DNA of 64,000 nt from Candidatus Eiseniibacteriota bacterium (GTDB lineage Bacteria; Eisenbacteria; RBG-16-71-46). How positions within the stretch are numbered: position 1 is the first letter of the stretch; each line of letters starts with the position of its first letter. Position numbers and translations under genes: made by a program. The notes beneath the pieces were generated by a model, which saw only the letters and a program-made list of their open reading frames with translations, was not told the origin of the DNA and did no database searches. Below, piece after piece: positions 62,140 through 64,000 of this stretch. Where the stretch lies: positions 1,152,001 to 1,216,000 of the forward strand of contig CAVSAC010000012.1 of assembly GCA_963725865.1 (NCBI GenBank). Direction: 5' to 3'.

Positions 62140-62331
62140 GGCGCGGACCTTAGCACCGCCGACGCGCGCACGCAGTTGGCCCCGGACGCACGCGGATTCC
62201 CGCGCCGGCCACCGCTGAGGGCGACGCGGTCGCGGTCCTCGCCGCTGGGACCGGCGCCCGTCGCGCCCGAGCGGGCGGCGCTGGCCCGCACGCGGCCGAT
62301 GCGGCAGGATGTCGCCGGGAGGGACGCCGCC

Positions 62332-62787
62332 ATGGACGAGATCGCCCGCATCGAGGACCAGCTGCGACGCGCGTTCGAGCGCGAAGCGTGGTCCGGTCCC
62401 TCGTTGCTCGAGACCCTCGACGGCGTGGACGCCGCGACCGCCGTGCGCCGGCCGCTCGCGAGTGCGCACACCATCTGGGAGCTGGTGCTGCACGTGGCGG
62501 CGTGGGAGGACATCGTGCGGCGCCGGCTCGGCGACGAGCGCGTGGAGGTGACGCCGGAGATGGACTGGCCGCCGGTCGCGGACACCAGCCCAGCGGCATG
62601 GGGCGCGGCACTCGGGCGCCTGCGCGCGGGCCATGCCGCGCTGCGGGTCGCGGTGCGCGCGCTCGACGCGGCGTCGCTCGACCAGCTTCCGCGTGGCTCC
62701 ACCGTGACGCGCTACGTTCTGGCGCACGGCGCGGCCCAGCACGACCTCTATCACGCGGGACAAATCGCGCTGCTGCGAAAGGGTTGA
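62332..62787 (+). CDS. DinB-family protein
   Basis: HTIWELVLHVAAWE and QHDLYHAGQIALL (His triad); SD GGGAGG. Confidence 0.85.
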   Translation: MDEIARIEDQLRRAFEREAWSGPSLLETLDGVDAATAVRRPLASAHTIWELVLHVAAWEDIVRRRLGDERVEVTPEMDWPPVADTSPAAWGAALGRLRAGHAALRVAVRALDAASLDQLPRGSTVTRYVLAHGAAQHDLYHAGQIALLRKG

Positions 62788-62790
62788 GAC

Positions 62791-63426
62791 GTGTCGCTTC
62801 GCGGAGTGGATGAGGGGCGCGGGCGGGCGCGGGGAAGCCGGAGCGGGAGGATTGCGGACGACCTGGCTCCGCTGCTCGCCCTCGTCGCCGTGCTGGCGCT
62901 GAACGCCGCACCCGCATGGGCCGGCCGGCGCGCGTTGATCGAGATCGGCCTGCCACCCGAGCCGCCGACCGCGCTCGACTCGATCCCGCACCCATGGCCC
63001 GGGCGCGCGCTGTTGCTGACCGCCGCCGGCACGGCGCTGCCGATCGCGCTCACGACGGGCCCGCACCAGCACGGCGAGAACCGCGCGATCCTGCTCGGCG
63101 CGGCGGAACTGTTCACCCCGGCGGCCGGCCATCTGTACGCCGGGCTGCCGCGGCGGGCGCTGAAGGGCATCGCCGCCCGCGCGGCCGGCTTCGCGCTCGT
63201 GGGCTCCGGGATCGCGGGCATGGACAACTCCGAGTTCGACTGGGGCGATGTGCGAGTGCTGGCGGGATTCACGGTGATGGCGATCGCGGCGGCGGTGGAC
63301 GTGATCACCGTGCAGCCCGACGTGGAGCGCGCGAACCGCGAGCGGGTGCGCGCGCGGGCCGCGATCGGGCTCCGGATGACGCGGGACCGGAGCACGCCGG
63401 TGCTCGCGGTCACGGCGCGGTTCTGA
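62791..63426 (+). CDS. Hypothetical exported/membrane protein (start uncertain)
   Basis: Signal-like segment, PAAGHLYAG motif, hydrophobic helices, C-terminal VTARF. Confidence 0.55.
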   Translation: MSLRGVDEGRGRARGSRSGRIADDLAPLLALVAVLALNAAPAWAGRRALIEIGLPPEPPTALDSIPHPWPGRALLLTAAGTALPIALTTGPHQHGENRAILLGAAELFTPAAGHLYAGLPRRALKGIAARAAGFALVGSGIAGMDNSEFDWGDVRVLAGFTVMAIAAAVDVITVQPDVERANRERVRARAAIGLRMTRDRSTPVLAVTARF

Positions 63427-63471
63427 TGGCCTTCAGGGGGCGCTCGAGCCGCCCGTCGGGCCCGCGAGTAG

Positions 63472-63499
63472 CTGGCGCATAATCTCTATTATGTAAACC
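63472..63499 (+). other. dif: dif site (XerCD chromosome dimer resolution site)
   Basis: CTGGCGCATAA-TCTCTA-TTATGTAAACC in 11-6-11 layout. Left arm shares GCGCATAA with the E. coli XerC arm; right arm matches the B. subtilis arm TTATGTAAACT at 10/11. AT-rich island between convergent genes. Confidence 0.85.
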
Positions 63500-63595
63500 T
63501 ACGGGTCCAGCCGGCCGTCTCGATCGTTGCGCTCGCGATCCGGATCCGATTTCCCATCCCCCGCCGCCGTGTCCCGCGCGCCGCGCGGAGAGCGC

Positions 63596-64000
63596 TCATC
63601 TCGTGCGCTGCAGCAGCACCAGGCCCTCCGCCGTGAGCGCGTCCATGCTCGGGTAGTCGAGCCGAAAGACCGACATCGCGCGGCGGAACTCGGTCGAGTC
63701 GCGGAACGGCGCGGTCCGGCCCGAGAACTGGCGCTGGTCCACGATGAACTGGCCGCGCATGACCACCCAGTCCGGCCGGTAGTGCTCGAGGGCATCCGCG
63801 TACCAGCCCGGGCCCGTGGTCCGCCGCCGAGCCACCCACGGCGCGACCAGCCCGACCTCGTCGTGCATCACCAGCGAGGCGTTCGTCCATCCGATGATCC
63901 CGAGCGGCTCCAGGAACACCGACTCGCCCGCCCGCGCATGCGTGGCGAGGCGGGTCGCGACCGGGCCGAACACGCCGCGCTCCACCGCCGCGCGCCCGCG
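63596..64000 (-). CDS. C-terminal part of a hypothetical protein (possibly a membrane glycosyltransferase), truncated by the window edge
   Basis: Open frame ...ESVFLEPLGIIGW...DEVGLVAP...YRPDWVV. Confidence 0.55.
   Translation of the reverse strand, partial: RGRAAVERGVFGPVATRLATHARAGESVFLEPLGIIGWTNASLVMHDEVGLVAPWVARRRTTGPGWYADALEHYRPDWVVMRGQFIVDQRQFSGRTAPFRDSTEFRRAMSVFRLDYPSMDALTAEGLVLLQRTR

Overview
Very GC-rich bacterial chromosomal window from a diderm organism; the PorV-like, FlgD-tailed and Omp85 proteins suggest an FCB-related or candidate lineage (inference only). It is mostly core genome on the + strand: pilB-type ATPase (partial), RsbU-type phosphatase, site-2 protease-trpS-scpA-scpB-rluB, tandem glgC-like genes, a LysM lytic transglycosylase, PEGA protein-comEC, purN-HAD-purC-purH, guaA, csp, secA-smg-topA-xerC, dapF-dapA-dapB, rpsT, uvrC-xerD, GH57 and an aldehyde dehydrogenase. 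I found no CRISPR array, rRNA, tRNA or mobile element. Main signals missed by the ORF track: (1) a Bcp/PrxQ peroxiredoxin with an in-frame TGA at the catalytic Cys position followed by a SECIS-like hairpin, i.e. a probable selenoprotein; (2) a translationally coupled beta-CASP nuclease / Tudor-SNF2 helicase / YqhG-like Zn-ribbon module at the end of the uvrC-xerD operon; (3) a near-consensus dif site at 63472-63499, placing the window at the replication terminus with xerC and xerD nearby; (4) a +1 frameshift in an Omp85/peptidase gene; (5) repeated leaderless-type promoters plus sigma54- and sigma28-type promoters; (6) several charged low-complexity protein extensions. All family calls are from motif recognition by eye; no searches were run.
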